This document shows, one piece after another, positions 36,719-46,799 of a DNA stretch of 64,000 bases. Under the pieces are notes generated by a model. That model did not search any database. It was given only the letters and a program-made list of their open reading frames with translations, and was not told the origin of the DNA. This stretch comes from an uncultured virus (IMG/VR IMGVR_UViG_3300038805_000284) (Duplodnaviria; Heunggongvirae; Uroviricota; Caudoviricetes), in IMG/VR virus record IMGVR_UViG_3300038805_000284; one strand, 5' to 3'. The translations under genes and the position numbers were made by a program. Each line of letters opens with the position of its first letter. Position 1 is the stretch's first letter.

Positions 36719-37270
36719 CTATAAAGTAACGTCGGGAATCTTGTAACCATTCTGAAACACAACGGATCTCATTTCTTTGTAGTTGTGCCTCTTAACCTTA
36801 CAAATAAACCTCTTAAACTCCAATTCCAGCTCAGGATTTCCAATACTTGATTTTGCAGAATCTTGCAACTCTTCATGCCTTACGTACCGTCTCTTTGCAT
36901 GATCTGAAACGGATTGGTTCAATTTCAAGTAAACCATACTGTCAAAAGACATCTTTTTAGCACTCTCCACGCAGTCTTTCCGTATGATAGCATATTTACC
37001 GTAACGCGACAAGTAGCAATTCCGATCATCTTCTGACAATTTCTTGTAAGTCTTACCGTTATATTTGACAATCGGAATGTCATAATCCCGGTCAAGTTTC
37101 ACAAGGTCTACCATTACATCCTGGAACATATCGGCAAAATCAAAGCTGCCATACGATACGGAATTTACTTTATTTATGATACGTCCATACCACTTATCCA
37201 AAGAATCTGACAATCTAGGACTGTCCAATTTTAACCCTTCAATTGTACTTCTTACTATATTATATCGCAT
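36719..37270 (-). CDS. sigma-factor region-2-like protein
   Basis: DFADMFQDVMVDL...FDSMVYLKLNQSVSDHAKRR...NPE; no evident region-4 HTH. Confidence 0.45.
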   Translation of the reverse strand: MRYNIVRSTIEGLKLDSPRLSDSLDKWYGRIINKVNSVSYGSFDFADMFQDVMVDLVKLDRDYDIPIVKYNGKTYKKLSEDDRNCYLSRYGKYAIIRKDCVESAKKMSFDSMVYLKLNQSVSDHAKRRYVRHEELQDSAKSSIGNPELELEFKRFICKVKRHNYKEMRSVVFQNGYKIPDVTL

Positions 37271-38165
37271 CCAAAACCTCTTGAAACCGTTCAGGCGACA
37301 TACCGCCAGGGTCTTCATGTTTTTCTAAATCTCGAACAATTTTGGCCTGCAACCCTAATGCTGTCAATTCCATGAAAAGGTTTGAAGCAGACTCTTTTGC
37401 ATCCCCGTCCAAAAAAACAATAGGTGTTTTTTTGTATAGTCTACTTAATGTGTGTACTTTAAGAATTTGAGCATGTGAAGCGCTTTTAGTCCCTAAACTG
37501 ACAGCTTGTTGGTTAAAGGTTTTTAACTTCCAAACATCGGAAGCACCTTCTACAATCCATAGCGTATCCGTTGAACCGTCTACCGCCCACCCTCCATAAA
37601 GAATTTTTTGAATAGGTGAACCTACCGGATTTAACCAACGTGTTCCGTTCATCAAATTGCGTAATTGGAAAGTCTTATAAATCCCGTCAATATCCCATAT
37701 AGGAACAACAATCGTATTATATATATCTAGGCCAGAAAATTCCCCAATCTTTCCGAACTTCAATCCGTAGAAATCAATAACGTCCTTCCCAATGCCCCTT
37801 TCATGTAAATACTGGATAAAACTAATTTCCTCTAAACATGAAGGATCTGGAAAGTCTATTGTCCTGTTTTCGTACTTTTTCCCTTTTTTGTCGAACAGAT
37901 CATCTATGTTAAAATCTGTCGATTCCGTTTTTAATTTCTGCCAAACTTCTCGCCAACTACTGATATTTTCAGACAGTTTATAAAATAATGGGAAAGTCCC
38001 TCGAACACCGCAACTAGATGAACGGCAAATGAAGACGCCTCTATCAACATTTATAGAAAAAGACGGGTTTGAATCGTTATGAAAAGGGCATCTCGCATGA
38101 ATCTCGCCATCTGCGTTTGGCGAATTATCGGGAAACTTGCTGATAATGTATTCCCTACGGTCCAA
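37260..38165 (-). CDS. dnaG: DnaG-type primase (CHC2 Zn finger + TOPRIM)
   Basis: CPFHNDSNPSFSIN..C...C, YLHERGI, IVEGASD, LDGD, DPG. Confidence 0.9.
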   Translation of the reverse strand: MDRREYIISKFPDNSPNADGEIHARCPFHNDSNPSFSINVDRGVFICRSSSCGVRGTFPLFYKLSENISSWREVWQKLKTESTDFNIDDLFDKKGKKYENRTIDFPDPSCLEEISFIQYLHERGIGKDVIDFYGLKFGKIGEFSGLDIYNTIVVPIWDIDGIYKTFQLRNLMNGTRWLNPVGSPIQKILYGGWAVDGSTDTLWIVEGASDVWKLKTFNQQAVSLGTKSASHAQILKVHTLSRLYKKTPIVFLDGDAKESASNLFMELTALGLQAKIVRDLEKHEDPGGMSPERFQEVLDAI

Positions 38166-39530
38166 CTAAAACCCCCCGGATTCTTTGAACAAATGGTAAA
38201 TATCTCGGGTGATTAGCATCCTCGGAATATCACAATCCACTATAATCTCTTTATGTGTAATGTTGGCATCTCGGGCCAAATCAATCATGAATGCCAGAAT
38301 CCCTTCCTGTTGTTCTTCGGGTGTTTGGTTAATCGAAATTGTAACGTCAACGCCTTGCGAAATATCAATGGCTTTGCCCTGGTGAACGCTTGAAATTCTC
38401 TTGGATTCCGTACCTTTCTCGGATCTCATCAACTTATTACCTTCGGAAGTCGATTGAGTTGCCGTAATCATAGGGATGTTATAAGTGTCTACAAACTTTT
38501 TTATATCCCATAAGATTCTTTGTTGTTGGATCCTCTCCTCTCTAGCAAAAGAAACGGGATTTAGGATGTTCAGGTAATCCAAAATAAAAACATCGGGGAC
38601 AAACCCTTCCTTGTCTCCCATCAATTTCAATTGATCTGTGAAATCCCCCATGGTAGATTCTTTAGGTGTCCCCTTCACAATCTTCAATCGGGACTTCCAA
38701 GAATCTGCCAAATCTTGACGGGCCTTTAAAGATTCCCTCTCTTCTTTTGTCAAAAGGCCAGACTTCAATCGATCATAAATGAAACCACTAAACAGAGAAT
38801 CGTACCTGTCTGCTGTCAATTCTACAGTATTCTCAAGAACACCGTGAAACACGTTATAGCCTTGAAACAATGCTGCCATCCCGATAGAGTTCAAAACAAT
38901 AGACTTGTAACCCTTGAAAGGGGCCAAGAAGTTTACAATCATAGGCCCTTTAATTTGAATTTGCGCATCTAACAGCTTAATCCCGGTCCTAATAACAGGG
39001 TTCAAATCAGGATTATCGCGATAGTAAATCCGTTTGGCCATCCTATCTTCTGCGTCTGTAGCCCAATCAGATACTTGAAACTTGTCCCCTTCAAGCAATG
39101 TGTTAGCGCTTCCAATAACATCTTTCAAATCTTTCAGGAAATAATCTGCCCTCTTAGACCGTTCCAGGGCCTCGAAAGAATTTCTGACACCAGACTTCAC
39201 AACAGACACAACAACAAAATCCCGAAACGTCTTTTCAGCATCTTTTAAATAAGTCAATTCCCTGCTGTAAAGGTTCCAAATCTGCGTTCTGAACAGTTCT
39301 AATTTCTCGGCATCCTCAATAGAATGTAATACAGAATCCAAAAACTCCCAAGTAACAGGTTCCCAATCCCGCCCCTTTAGGTAGTTCACAAGCCATTTAT
39401 AAGATTCTACTGAAAAATACCCAGAATCTACAAATCGTAGAACGTAAGTATCTCTGTACTTCTGTTGAAGTATCGAAGCCAAAATCTCAGCTTCTATATT
39501 AGGGTGCAGTACATCCACTAAACATCCCAC
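38166..39530 (-). CDS. dnaB: DnaB-like (SF4) replicative helicase
   Basis: TGIKLLD, Walker A variant APFKGYKS, LE, ILDYLNIL, TATQ, ARD. Confidence 0.8.
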   Translation of the reverse strand: MGCLVDVLHPNIEAEILASILQQKYRDTYVLRFVDSGYFSVESYKWLVNYLKGRDWEPVTWEFLDSVLHSIEDAEKLELFRTQIWNLYSRELTYLKDAEKTFRDFVVVSVVKSGVRNSFEALERSKRADYFLKDLKDVIGSANTLLEGDKFQVSDWATDAEDRMAKRIYYRDNPDLNPVIRTGIKLLDAQIQIKGPMIVNFLAPFKGYKSIVLNSIGMAALFQGYNVFHGVLENTVELTADRYDSLFSGFIYDRLKSGLLTKEERESLKARQDLADSWKSRLKIVKGTPKESTMGDFTDQLKLMGDKEGFVPDVFILDYLNILNPVSFAREERIQQQRILWDIKKFVDTYNIPMITATQSTSEGNKLMRSEKGTESKRISSVHQGKAIDISQGVDVTISINQTPEEQQEGILAFMIDLARDANITHKEIIVDCDIPRMLITRDIYHLFKESGGF

Positions 39531-40252
39531 TTTGTTATGTCGTTATTCAGTCGGTAATCAATCGATGTAGTAATCTGAACGGATCTAAACGTCAAACCAC
39601 CTAATGAGCCATCGGGCTGTATCTCAAGTAAAGAATCCAACAAACCAGAATAAAATGCAGAAAGTGCACTAGGTGATCTGTTTGAAGTGATTATTGTCGG
39701 CAACCCATTATCTCGCCTATAATGCAACATCTTTTGCATAGCAGAACGGGTAAATCCTTTTTTCCAGTCGGCAGACGAATCCTCATTACCTAAATCGTCT
39801 AAAACAAACCAAGTGCTTTTCCACGAATCATCTTCATTATCTTTCATAGACTTTAGAAAATCGTCTACATGATGAAACGCAAACGCCCTATCAGAAGAGT
39901 ATTTCAATGGGTCGTAAAAATACTTAGAAGAAACATACATCAAATAATGGGCCAACGTGGTCTTTCCACGTCCCCTTTCTTCTGACCAGATGTATAGGTT
40001 CAATCCTTTTTCTTCAAAAATCTCAGGATTCTCTATCAAGAAATTGACATACTTCATGTCATTATCCAAAACCTCGGGAAAAGTGTATTTTTCAGAACTT
40101 ACAAAACTAAGCGTATTGTCATTAAACCCGTATGATTTCAAGCGGTTAAGTGCCCTGGCTTTCAGTAAACAATTACACGGAACAGTTCTGAAACCGTAAC
40201 TGTCCATCAAAAAGCCGTGCTCATCACACTTGCCACAAGAAACAACTTTCAA
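39518..40252 (-). CDS. DnaC/IstB-like AAA+ helicase loader
   Basis: N-terminal CxxC...CxC, GRGKTTLA, VLDDLG.E, R.DNGLPTIITSN; adjacent to dnaB. Confidence 0.82.
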   Translation of the reverse strand: MKVVSCGKCDEHGFLMDSYGFRTVPCNCLLKARALNRLKSYGFNDNTLSFVSSEKYTFPEVLDNDMKYVNFLIENPEIFEEKGLNLYIWSEERGRGKTTLAHYLMYVSSKYFYDPLKYSSDRAFAFHHVDDFLKSMKDNEDDSWKSTWFVLDDLGNEDSSADWKKGFTRSAMQKMLHYRRDNGLPTIITSNRSPSALSAFYSGLLDSLLEIQPDGSLGGLTFRSVQITTSIDYRLNNDITKWDV

Positions 40253-40278
40253 TACAATAACTCCTTAATTTCTGTAAG

Positions 40279-40307
40279 ATTTTACACGAAACAGATCAAA
40301 CAGTCAA
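40279..40307 (-). promoter_or_regulatory. sigma70-type promoter for the replication operon
   Basis: Minus strand TTGACT-17 bp-TAAAAT, followed by AAGGAG RBS. Confidence 0.75.
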
Positions 40308-40308
40308 T

Positions 40309-41313
40309 TCATTTCTTGCGCCAGGAAACAGAAACTCCACGCCCGTTAACGCTCTTACCGTCTGAATCCCAAAATTTTTCAGGATTCCCAAAACTGTTAT
40401 ACTCATCCCAAGTCGGCATCGCCATAAGCATTTTTATGTTTCTCCAATCCTCTTTGAATTCTTCAAAATTCTCAGGCGTTGCCCTAATGATGAAATTTAA
40501 ATCTTTCATATAGTGGAATTTTCCTCGAAATGTAGCACCACCAGGATACGTGTAAAAGCCGTTACCACGAACCTCAGAAATGGTCTCGGGATCATCCGAC
40601 ACCGGAAGCCAGCCTTTTGGTATATACCCGTCCGGAAACGCACAATCCATAGAAACTCCTAAGAACTTTCTCATAGGAAACCATTCATCATTCAGTTGCG
40701 CTTTTAATGCTTTTGTGTCGGGGTCAATCGAATTGTAACGGATAATCGTAAGGATGGAAACATTGTCATTCCACGCTTCCCAACATTTCTTGAATTTTGC
40801 TTCAAGCCACATAATAGGATCTATATTTTCTTTTCTAAACTGAATGATCCTGTCTGCTAGAACGTGAAATGCCTCGGCATACAATCCTTTACTAGAAACG
40901 TCCCTAGTAACAATGTTCCTAGAAGTGTATGCAACGCCCTTAGTTTCTACTTGAAGTTCAAAAAACCTCATGATAAACTTTGCAACATCTGAAAAGATTT
41001 CCTTTGATTTGGCGTAGGTTCTCAATTTCTTGACCCAGGATTTCAAAGAGTTGGTCAAGTACAAGTGTGAGAACTTATCATAACTTAGATGATTAAACGT
41101 AAGCGCATTGCATAAAACTGCATAAGAGAATGAATCAACATCAATTTCCTTTAAAAACTCCGATAAATCGTTGAAAACTTTTTCAGTATTATCCACATAA
41201 AGGTATGCAGGATTGTCGTGCCACGGCGTTAAGGAAGTCCCCGTGAAACCATACATGGCAAAGAACCTTTGAGAAACGTCCAAGAAAACTCTCTTGTCAT
41301 CATTCGTTAACAT
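40309..41313 (-). CDS. hypothetical protein
   Basis: 334-aa ORF with no recognised motif. Confidence 0.7.
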   Translation of the reverse strand: MLTNDDKRVFLDVSQRFFAMYGFTGTSLTPWHDNPAYLYVDNTEKVFNDLSEFLKEIDVDSFSYAVLCNALTFNHLSYDKFSHLYLTNSLKSWVKKLRTYAKSKEIFSDVAKFIMRFFELQVETKGVAYTSRNIVTRDVSSKGLYAEAFHVLADRIIQFRKENIDPIMWLEAKFKKCWEAWNDNVSILTIIRYNSIDPDTKALKAQLNDEWFPMRKFLGVSMDCAFPDGYIPKGWLPVSDDPETISEVRGNGFYTYPGGATFRGKFHYMKDLNFIIRATPENFEEFKEDWRNIKMLMAMPTWDEYNSFGNPEKFWDSDGKSVNGRGVSVSWRKK

Positions 41314-41314
41314 T

Positions 41315-43129
41315 TTACAAGTACCTTTCTAACAACTCTTTCTTTGTTATCATGGCCTTTTTCACGTCCGTAACGGCATCTACCATATCCGACTTATCTG
41401 CTAAACGGTCTTTTACTAGTTCATCTACGGAACCAACAACGTCTAGGAAAATCAGTGTTGCCGTCTTGCTTCTAATTCGGTCCAATTCGTTCGTTAAATC
41501 CCCTCCAACGCGCCTATGAATACGGTCCATAGACTGCATGTATAAAGTGTAAGAATCGGGCCTGTCTATGTATATGGCGGTTCTAGCACGCGCTAAAAAG
41601 TCCACACCTGTACCGGCCTTAGCAGGGATACATGCTGCCACCCGAACACTGGGATCATAGTTGAAAGTGTCTGCCATTTTTTGATCAATGTCGACACCTC
41701 CGTAAATCTTCATAACACCATATTTCTCATTCCAGGTGTCATAAATCAAGTCTACTGCCTTCCGATAAGAAGTCCAGATAATAACCTTTTGAGTAGGGTC
41801 TGAAAGAATCTCTTCAAGCAAGTATTCAATTTCATCATACTTGCAGGAATCCGCATCTTCATCGATTATCCTAGGGTGATTCAAAACCTGCCGAAGCCTA
41901 ACGGCGTGTGGGTTCTTTTGTAGAAGTTCTGCTATATTTACCTTTTCTTCTAAAATTGCTTTTAAGTCATTCTTGATTTTATTGTAAATAGCTTTTTGTT
42001 TTGCCCCCATCATAATAGAACGTGTAACGATTGTTTTATCAGGGAAACCTTTCAGATCGTCTTTGGTTCTGCGAATTGATAAACGGTTCATTTTGTCCCG
42101 AAGTTGGTCCAGGTTCTTGAACCCGACAACTTTATCAACTTCCCTGGTCATCTTACGTTTCAGTCGCTTATCGATGTAATTGATATTTATCTTTTTCTTT
42201 ACGGTAAAGAAATTCTCAAATTGAAGAACCGGTGGCAACGCCGTATCTCCGAGAATCTTCAAAGCAACATAAGCATTGGTAGGCGATTCACTGACCGGCG
42301 TACCTGTCATAAGAATTCTAGGAACATGTTCGTTGTCTGCATTCCTAATGCTTTGGGCCAAGTAAATAATAGCAGAAGTCCGCTTAGCGGACAAGTTCTT
42401 GTAAAGATGAAATTCGTCAATAATTATGCCGTTAAACGGCAATTTTGACAAGTGCTTCGTCAAGTCTCCTATAATCTCGCTTTTAGAAGAACTGATTAAG
42501 TTCTCAGGATTCACAAGCAGAAAATTCCAATCCTTATTTACGTTTTTCTTCAAGAAGTCTACAGCATTTTTTCTCCCAGAAGGGATAACTAAAGATTTCA
42601 GGTAAGTGTGCTTTGTGATTTCTTTGGAAAAATCCAACAAAACAGAAGCAGGTGCGATAACCAAAATACGGCAAGTGTCTCCGAATTTGGCCGTAAAAGC
42701 GGCCAATGCTTGGAGGGTTTTGCCGATACCCATGGTATCGAAATTTCCAGAAAAGTTATTGTAATACAGGTAACTTATACCGGTCCATTGATCTTCGTAC
42801 GGCTGCGTTTTCAGTTTACCGGACAACATATCTTTCAAACTGTCATTCAATAAACCGTTCTTCACGTTCATATTAAAACCTTCCCACTGTAAGTAGTAGT
42901 CAAACAGATTGGAAGCGTTTTGGTCCATAAACCGTTCTTCTGTATTTCCGGAAAGATCAAGTTTATTTTTGAACGTCACAAAGTCATCATAGTTCAGCAT
43001 AAAAGTATCCGGTTCGACTTCCGTAACGCACAGAAGAGAACGGATAATCGCATACTCTTGCCTGTAAGTATTTGATTTTCTGTCTATTTTTACTAAAAAA
43101 GATTTTCCGTGAGACGATACTAGGATCAT
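41315..43129 (-). CDS. SNF2-family (SF2) helicase/ATPase
   Basis: MGIGKTLQAL, LVIAPAS, IIDEFH, MTGTP, RRTK, LRQVLNHP, GTGVD, Q.MDRIHR. Confidence 0.9.
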   Translation of the reverse strand: MILVSSHGKSFLVKIDRKSNTYRQEYAIIRSLLCVTEVEPDTFMLNYDDFVTFKNKLDLSGNTEERFMDQNASNLFDYYLQWEGFNMNVKNGLLNDSLKDMLSGKLKTQPYEDQWTGISYLYYNNFSGNFDTMGIGKTLQALAAFTAKFGDTCRILVIAPASVLLDFSKEITKHTYLKSLVIPSGRKNAVDFLKKNVNKDWNFLLVNPENLISSSKSEIIGDLTKHLSKLPFNGIIIDEFHLYKNLSAKRTSAIIYLAQSIRNADNEHVPRILMTGTPVSESPTNAYVALKILGDTALPPVLQFENFFTVKKKININYIDKRLKRKMTREVDKVVGFKNLDQLRDKMNRLSIRRTKDDLKGFPDKTIVTRSIMMGAKQKAIYNKIKNDLKAILEEKVNIAELLQKNPHAVRLRQVLNHPRIIDEDADSCKYDEIEYLLEEILSDPTQKVIIWTSYRKAVDLIYDTWNEKYGVMKIYGGVDIDQKMADTFNYDPSVRVAACIPAKAGTGVDFLARARTAIYIDRPDSYTLYMQSMDRIHRRVGGDLTNELDRIRSKTATLIFLDVVGSVDELVKDRLADKSDMVDAVTDVKKAMITKKELLERYL

Positions 43130-43707
43130 ATCAAGTCTTTCAAAACACCCTTATGAACATCGTATAAATTCGTAACACCTTTTACCCTACCGCAAGGGGT
43201 TGGCTCCTTACAAAAGCCTTTATACCACTCGCACGGTCTTAGCAAAAGCCGAGAAAGAATTTTATCATAATCGTCCGATTTTTGCAAACTCTTTTTCAAT
43301 TCACTCACAAAGTTCCTCAAAACCTTGTGAGCCTTGAAACAAAGTCTTTGCCTGGCAATGTTGATAATTGACTGAACATTTAAGTCAATAATCATATTTA
43401 CGCAAGCACCTTGAGGGAGGCCGTCCCTTTCAGTAACAGTTTCTATGCCTCCATCATCTCTTTGAGAAAACACGTGAGGCTCCACACCTACGTGGTGCCG
43501 AACCAAATGCACGTGAGCATAATACGGCATATCCTCAACCATAATTCTGTACTTAACTGCTCGGTGAGAACTATGTTCGGAAAGAATCATTTTGTACCAA
43601 AGTTCCAAAGAGGGCATCTTCTTTGTCTTCATGTCTTTCCCTGTGGTTACTCTCAAAACAGGGATCATGTATTCAGGCCCTACCAGCCTTTCATGGGAAA
43701 CTTTCAT
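43126..43707 (-). CDS. thyX: ThyX-like flavin-dependent thymidylate synthase (short, divergent)
   Basis: EHSS, HLVRH, SQR, N...IINIARQRLC, C....FC.E..PCG. Confidence 0.7.
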   Translation of the reverse strand: MKVSHERLVGPEYMIPVLRVTTGKDMKTKKMPSLELWYKMILSEHSSHRAVKYRIMVEDMPYYAHVHLVRHHVGVEPHVFSQRDDGGIETVTERDGLPQGACVNMIIDLNVQSIINIARQRLCFKAHKVLRNFVSELKKSLQKSDDYDKILSRLLLRPCEWYKGFCKEPTPCGRVKGVTNLYDVHKGVLKDLI

Positions 43708-44127
43708 TCAGAAACCTTTCTCTAAGAAATCGAAGATGTCCTGCTTATGCTTGTCATCTTCTGAAACAGAAGCAACCTCTACGATTCTGCCCTTGGCGAT
43801 TGGGTACCCTTTCAATCCGACACCCGGAACGTCTACAGTCAAAACCTCGGCATCCTTATCTACGGAATATAACGATTCAAAAGTAAGATCGTTATCTGTC
43901 CCGATACCGGTTAAAAAGGTTTTGCACACTATCAGAATACTGTCGCCATGAGACAAAAAAGTTTCATAAAAGAACCAAGATTCCCCTTTTAAACGGTAAT
44001 CCTTATGAGTCGTTAAGTACATCCCTGCATCGGGAATCTTTTGCAATTTTTCGTTGTTCACAAAAACATCAATTGACTGGAATCTTTTCTTATTCCTTTG
44101 AAATCCTATCTGAAACACCATTCTCAT
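43708..44127 (-). CDS. hypothetical protein
   Basis: 139-aa ORF in the operon. Confidence 0.7.
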   Translation of the reverse strand: MRMVFQIGFQRNKKRFQSIDVFVNNEKLQKIPDAGMYLTTHKDYRLKGESWFFYETFLSHGDSILIVCKTFLTGIGTDNDLTFESLYSVDKDAEVLTVDVPGVGLKGYPIAKGRIVEVASVSEDDKHKQDIFDFLEKGF

Positions 44128-44128
44128 A

Positions 44129-45568
44129 TCAGTCTCTTATGTTATTCTTATCCATAAAGTCTTTGATCTTGCTGACACCGTAATCGTAATCTGCCCTGTT
44201 TTTATCTGAAAATCGATTAAACCTAAAATCAGGCAAAACACCTACTTTCCCGTCCTCAGTCACGTAACCTGTAATGTCACTAGGTTTCTCCGTCTTACCG
44301 GACAAAACAACGGAGGGTAAACTCCCTACAGCAATAACAAACTTAGGCTTGTAAATTGACAGTTCGGAAAACAAAAAATAAGAGCATCCGAACGCACTCC
44401 ACAGTTTAGGTATCTTGTCCGAAACACACTTAATCAAATGTAAAATCACACATTCCGAACTCTTTAAGTCTAACGATTTCAATAGCTTACCTACTCTTGT
44501 TTGATCCTCCACTTCACTTTCCAAAACAATAGCAATTTTCGGAAAAAAAGTGTCACCGAACTGCACTTTATTTCCGTTAAACATTGTGCAATTACTGCAC
44601 TTACCTACAGAATTCGTTACCGAACTGTAATTTTGAATCCCACCGTAATAATCGGCATCCAAAAACTGAAACAGACCGGTCCCTATAAAGTCCGGCGAAA
44701 ACATCATGAAGCGATAAACCCCAAAAGCATTCACAGAAGTAAATTCCACAGAAGCCCTTAAAGAGTCTATCGGTACGGATCTATTAAGTTCCTTTTTTAA
44801 TTCTATTTTTTCAAACGGACTGAAAAAGAATTTGGCGTCCATAACATTAGGAAGCACGCATAACCGGTAATACAAATAAAAATCCTCAAGAGAAGACAAT
44901 AGGCTGACCACCTTCTTTTTATTAGAAGAGATTGCAGAAACATCCCCGCCATTAACAGCCCTATGAACACCTCCCCCACTTAACATTTTAACAGCGTGTA
45001 CTTTGCCGATGTCTTTTATCCCTGGAATGTTATCGGATGCATCCCCTGCAAGCGCTTTCATTTCAGGTACAAGTTCTGCACACACCTCAAGATCACCCTT
45101 TGATGTGAATTTTTCAGAATAAGGATCATAAAGGTTTACAGTGTCGTTTATGAGCTGCGTTAAATCGGAGTCCCTGGAAACGATAATGCTTTTCCTACCG
45201 CACAATGTCGAATAAGTAACCAGAATGGCGATCAAATCATCTGCTTCCACCCCCTGAATAGAAAGAGACCTTACCCCGAAATACTCTAGTATTGTCTTGA
45301 CTCTTTCCTTTTCTTTGAACATTAAATCTCTGTCAAATTCAGTTTTCCTATCAGATCTGTGAGACTTGTACTTTGGAAAAAAATGAGTTCTCCACCGAGA
45401 CTTCCCAGAATCCCAAATTACAGCAACATTAGGCGAGTTTAACCTATTAGTAATCTCGAAAAAATAGCGCAGAATATATGCGCAAACATTTTCGGCACCC
45501 TTGGAGTATGCAGCCCTCCACATGAGTTGATCACCGTCAATAAACACGTTATGATCTATAAATGTCAC
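44129..45568 (-). CDS. 5'-3' exonuclease (PolI N-terminal/FEN-like) fused to a degenerate family-4 UDG-like domain
   Basis: IDG, WD, YKSHR, EADDLI, SRDSDL.QL, LAGDASDNIPGI..IG; C-terminal KCSNC...IKC...P....C..FLFSEL..YKPKFVIAVG. Confidence 0.82.
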   Translation of the reverse strand: MTFIDHNVFIDGDQLMWRAAYSKGAENVCAYILRYFFEITNRLNSPNVAVIWDSGKSRWRTHFFPKYKSHRSDRKTEFDRDLMFKEKERVKTILEYFGVRSLSIQGVEADDLIAILVTYSTLCGRKSIIVSRDSDLTQLINDTVNLYDPYSEKFTSKGDLEVCAELVPEMKALAGDASDNIPGIKDIGKVHAVKMLSGGGVHRAVNGGDVSAISSNKKKVVSLLSSLEDFYLYYRLCVLPNVMDAKFFFSPFEKIELKKELNRSVPIDSLRASVEFTSVNAFGVYRFMMFSPDFIGTGLFQFLDADYYGGIQNYSSVTNSVGKCSNCTMFNGNKVQFGDTFFPKIAIVLESEVEDQTRVGKLLKSLDLKSSECVILHLIKCVSDKIPKLWSAFGCSYFLFSELSIYKPKFVIAVGSLPSVVLSGKTEKPSDITGYVTEDGKVGVLPDFRFNRFSDKNRADYDYGVSKIKDFMDKNNIRD

Positions 45569-46752
45569 TTGGTTTTCTCTACGTAAAGTCTACGGGAAGG
45601 CTTCCCTTTCGAAACTTTATCGTGACGGTCGATAAATTCTTTTGGGATTTTACCAGAATCTTTAAGTTCTTTCCAGACATCCTCGTTAATCTTATGCTGC
45701 GTAACCACCATAACGGCATCCCCAAAACCATTCTCCATCAAATAATCGATAATAATGTCATCATCTCTTTCTACAACTTCGGCACCCTCTTTGAAAGAAT
45801 AGAAAACATCATACCCTCCATCGGAAATAAAATTACTTCCAGGATAACCGTCTTTGGCCTTTCCGAGTGCCGAAACATATTCCAAAATAATTGGACGGTT
45901 CTGTTTGTCCTTTTCTTTGAAATCTTTTTCATACTTAGCGGCCTCATCTCGGGCATTTGCATAAGTCTGAACAGCCATCAAATAGGTGTTGCGGTCAAGT
46001 TTAGGTTGTTGAACAGTCTTCTTCTCCCTGCCAAGTTTCACCAAACGAAACTCGGGAATAATGTTAGGATCTGGAGGGATAACAACGTGTTCAGGGATAG
46101 TATATGTACCCTTCCCTACTAAAACTTCAAGAAAGTCGATACCTTGAGGGTCCTTAAAGATTTTCGTAACCTTTCCAGGTTCAGAAGGGGCTTGAACAGA
46201 AACATAAGAACCGTTTACAAGCTGAAAAACACTTCCGTACATTTGAATCTCAGAATCTATTGTAACAGCCTTAATGCCGATTTTGAGAGGGTTTACGTAA
46301 ACATTGGCCTCAGTACTCGCTTCAGGTTGTTCAACGGCTTTGGAGGCGCTTGTGGGGGCCACCATGGGCGTATCTGCCTTTGTCAACGGTACGTCTACTG
46401 GAGGATCTTCAATAGGTGGACCTAAAGGTTTTGGAGTGTCCAAGAAAGATTCGGAAACCGTTACAGACTCTTTAACAGACTCTTTAACACCCCCTTTTGC
46501 AGATTCATCAACATACTCTTTTTCCACCTCCACTTCAGATTCGGGAACCACTTCCTGTACGGGAGTGTCTACAACTTCCTTCACCTCCACTTCAACAGCA
46601 TTAACGATTGCATCCAGCTTCTCTACGATACTAGGATCCCGTCTTTTATTTTTGCAGATTTTTGCTTTGTGGATTTTCAATCCAGAAAGGTTTTTAAATT
46701 TTTTGCCGCAAACGGCACAAATACAAGTCTGACTTTCCAACGCTGAAACCAT
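45565..46752 (-). CDS. hypothetical protein with N-terminal C2H2-like Zn finger and acidic linker
   Basis: CAVCGKKFKNLSGLKIHKAKIC; start MVSALE behind AAGGAG. Confidence 0.7.
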   Translation of the reverse strand: MVSALESQTCICAVCGKKFKNLSGLKIHKAKICKNKRRDPSIVEKLDAIVNAVEVEVKEVVDTPVQEVVPESEVEVEKEYVDESAKGGVKESVKESVTVSESFLDTPKPLGPPIEDPPVDVPLTKADTPMVAPTSASKAVEQPEASTEANVYVNPLKIGIKAVTIDSEIQMYGSVFQLVNGSYVSVQAPSEPGKVTKIFKDPQGIDFLEVLVGKGTYTIPEHVVIPPDPNIIPEFRLVKLGREKKTVQQPKLDRNTYLMAVQTYANARDEAAKYEKDFKEKDKQNRPIILEYVSALGKAKDGYPGSNFISDGGYDVFYSFKEGAEVVERDDDIIIDYLMENGFGDAVMVVTQHKINEDVWKELKDSGKIPKEFIDRHDKVSKGKPSRRLYVEKTK

Positions 46753-46799
46753 AATATGGACTCCTTCCAATTTGAGGGAAAACCTCAAGATTTACGAAG

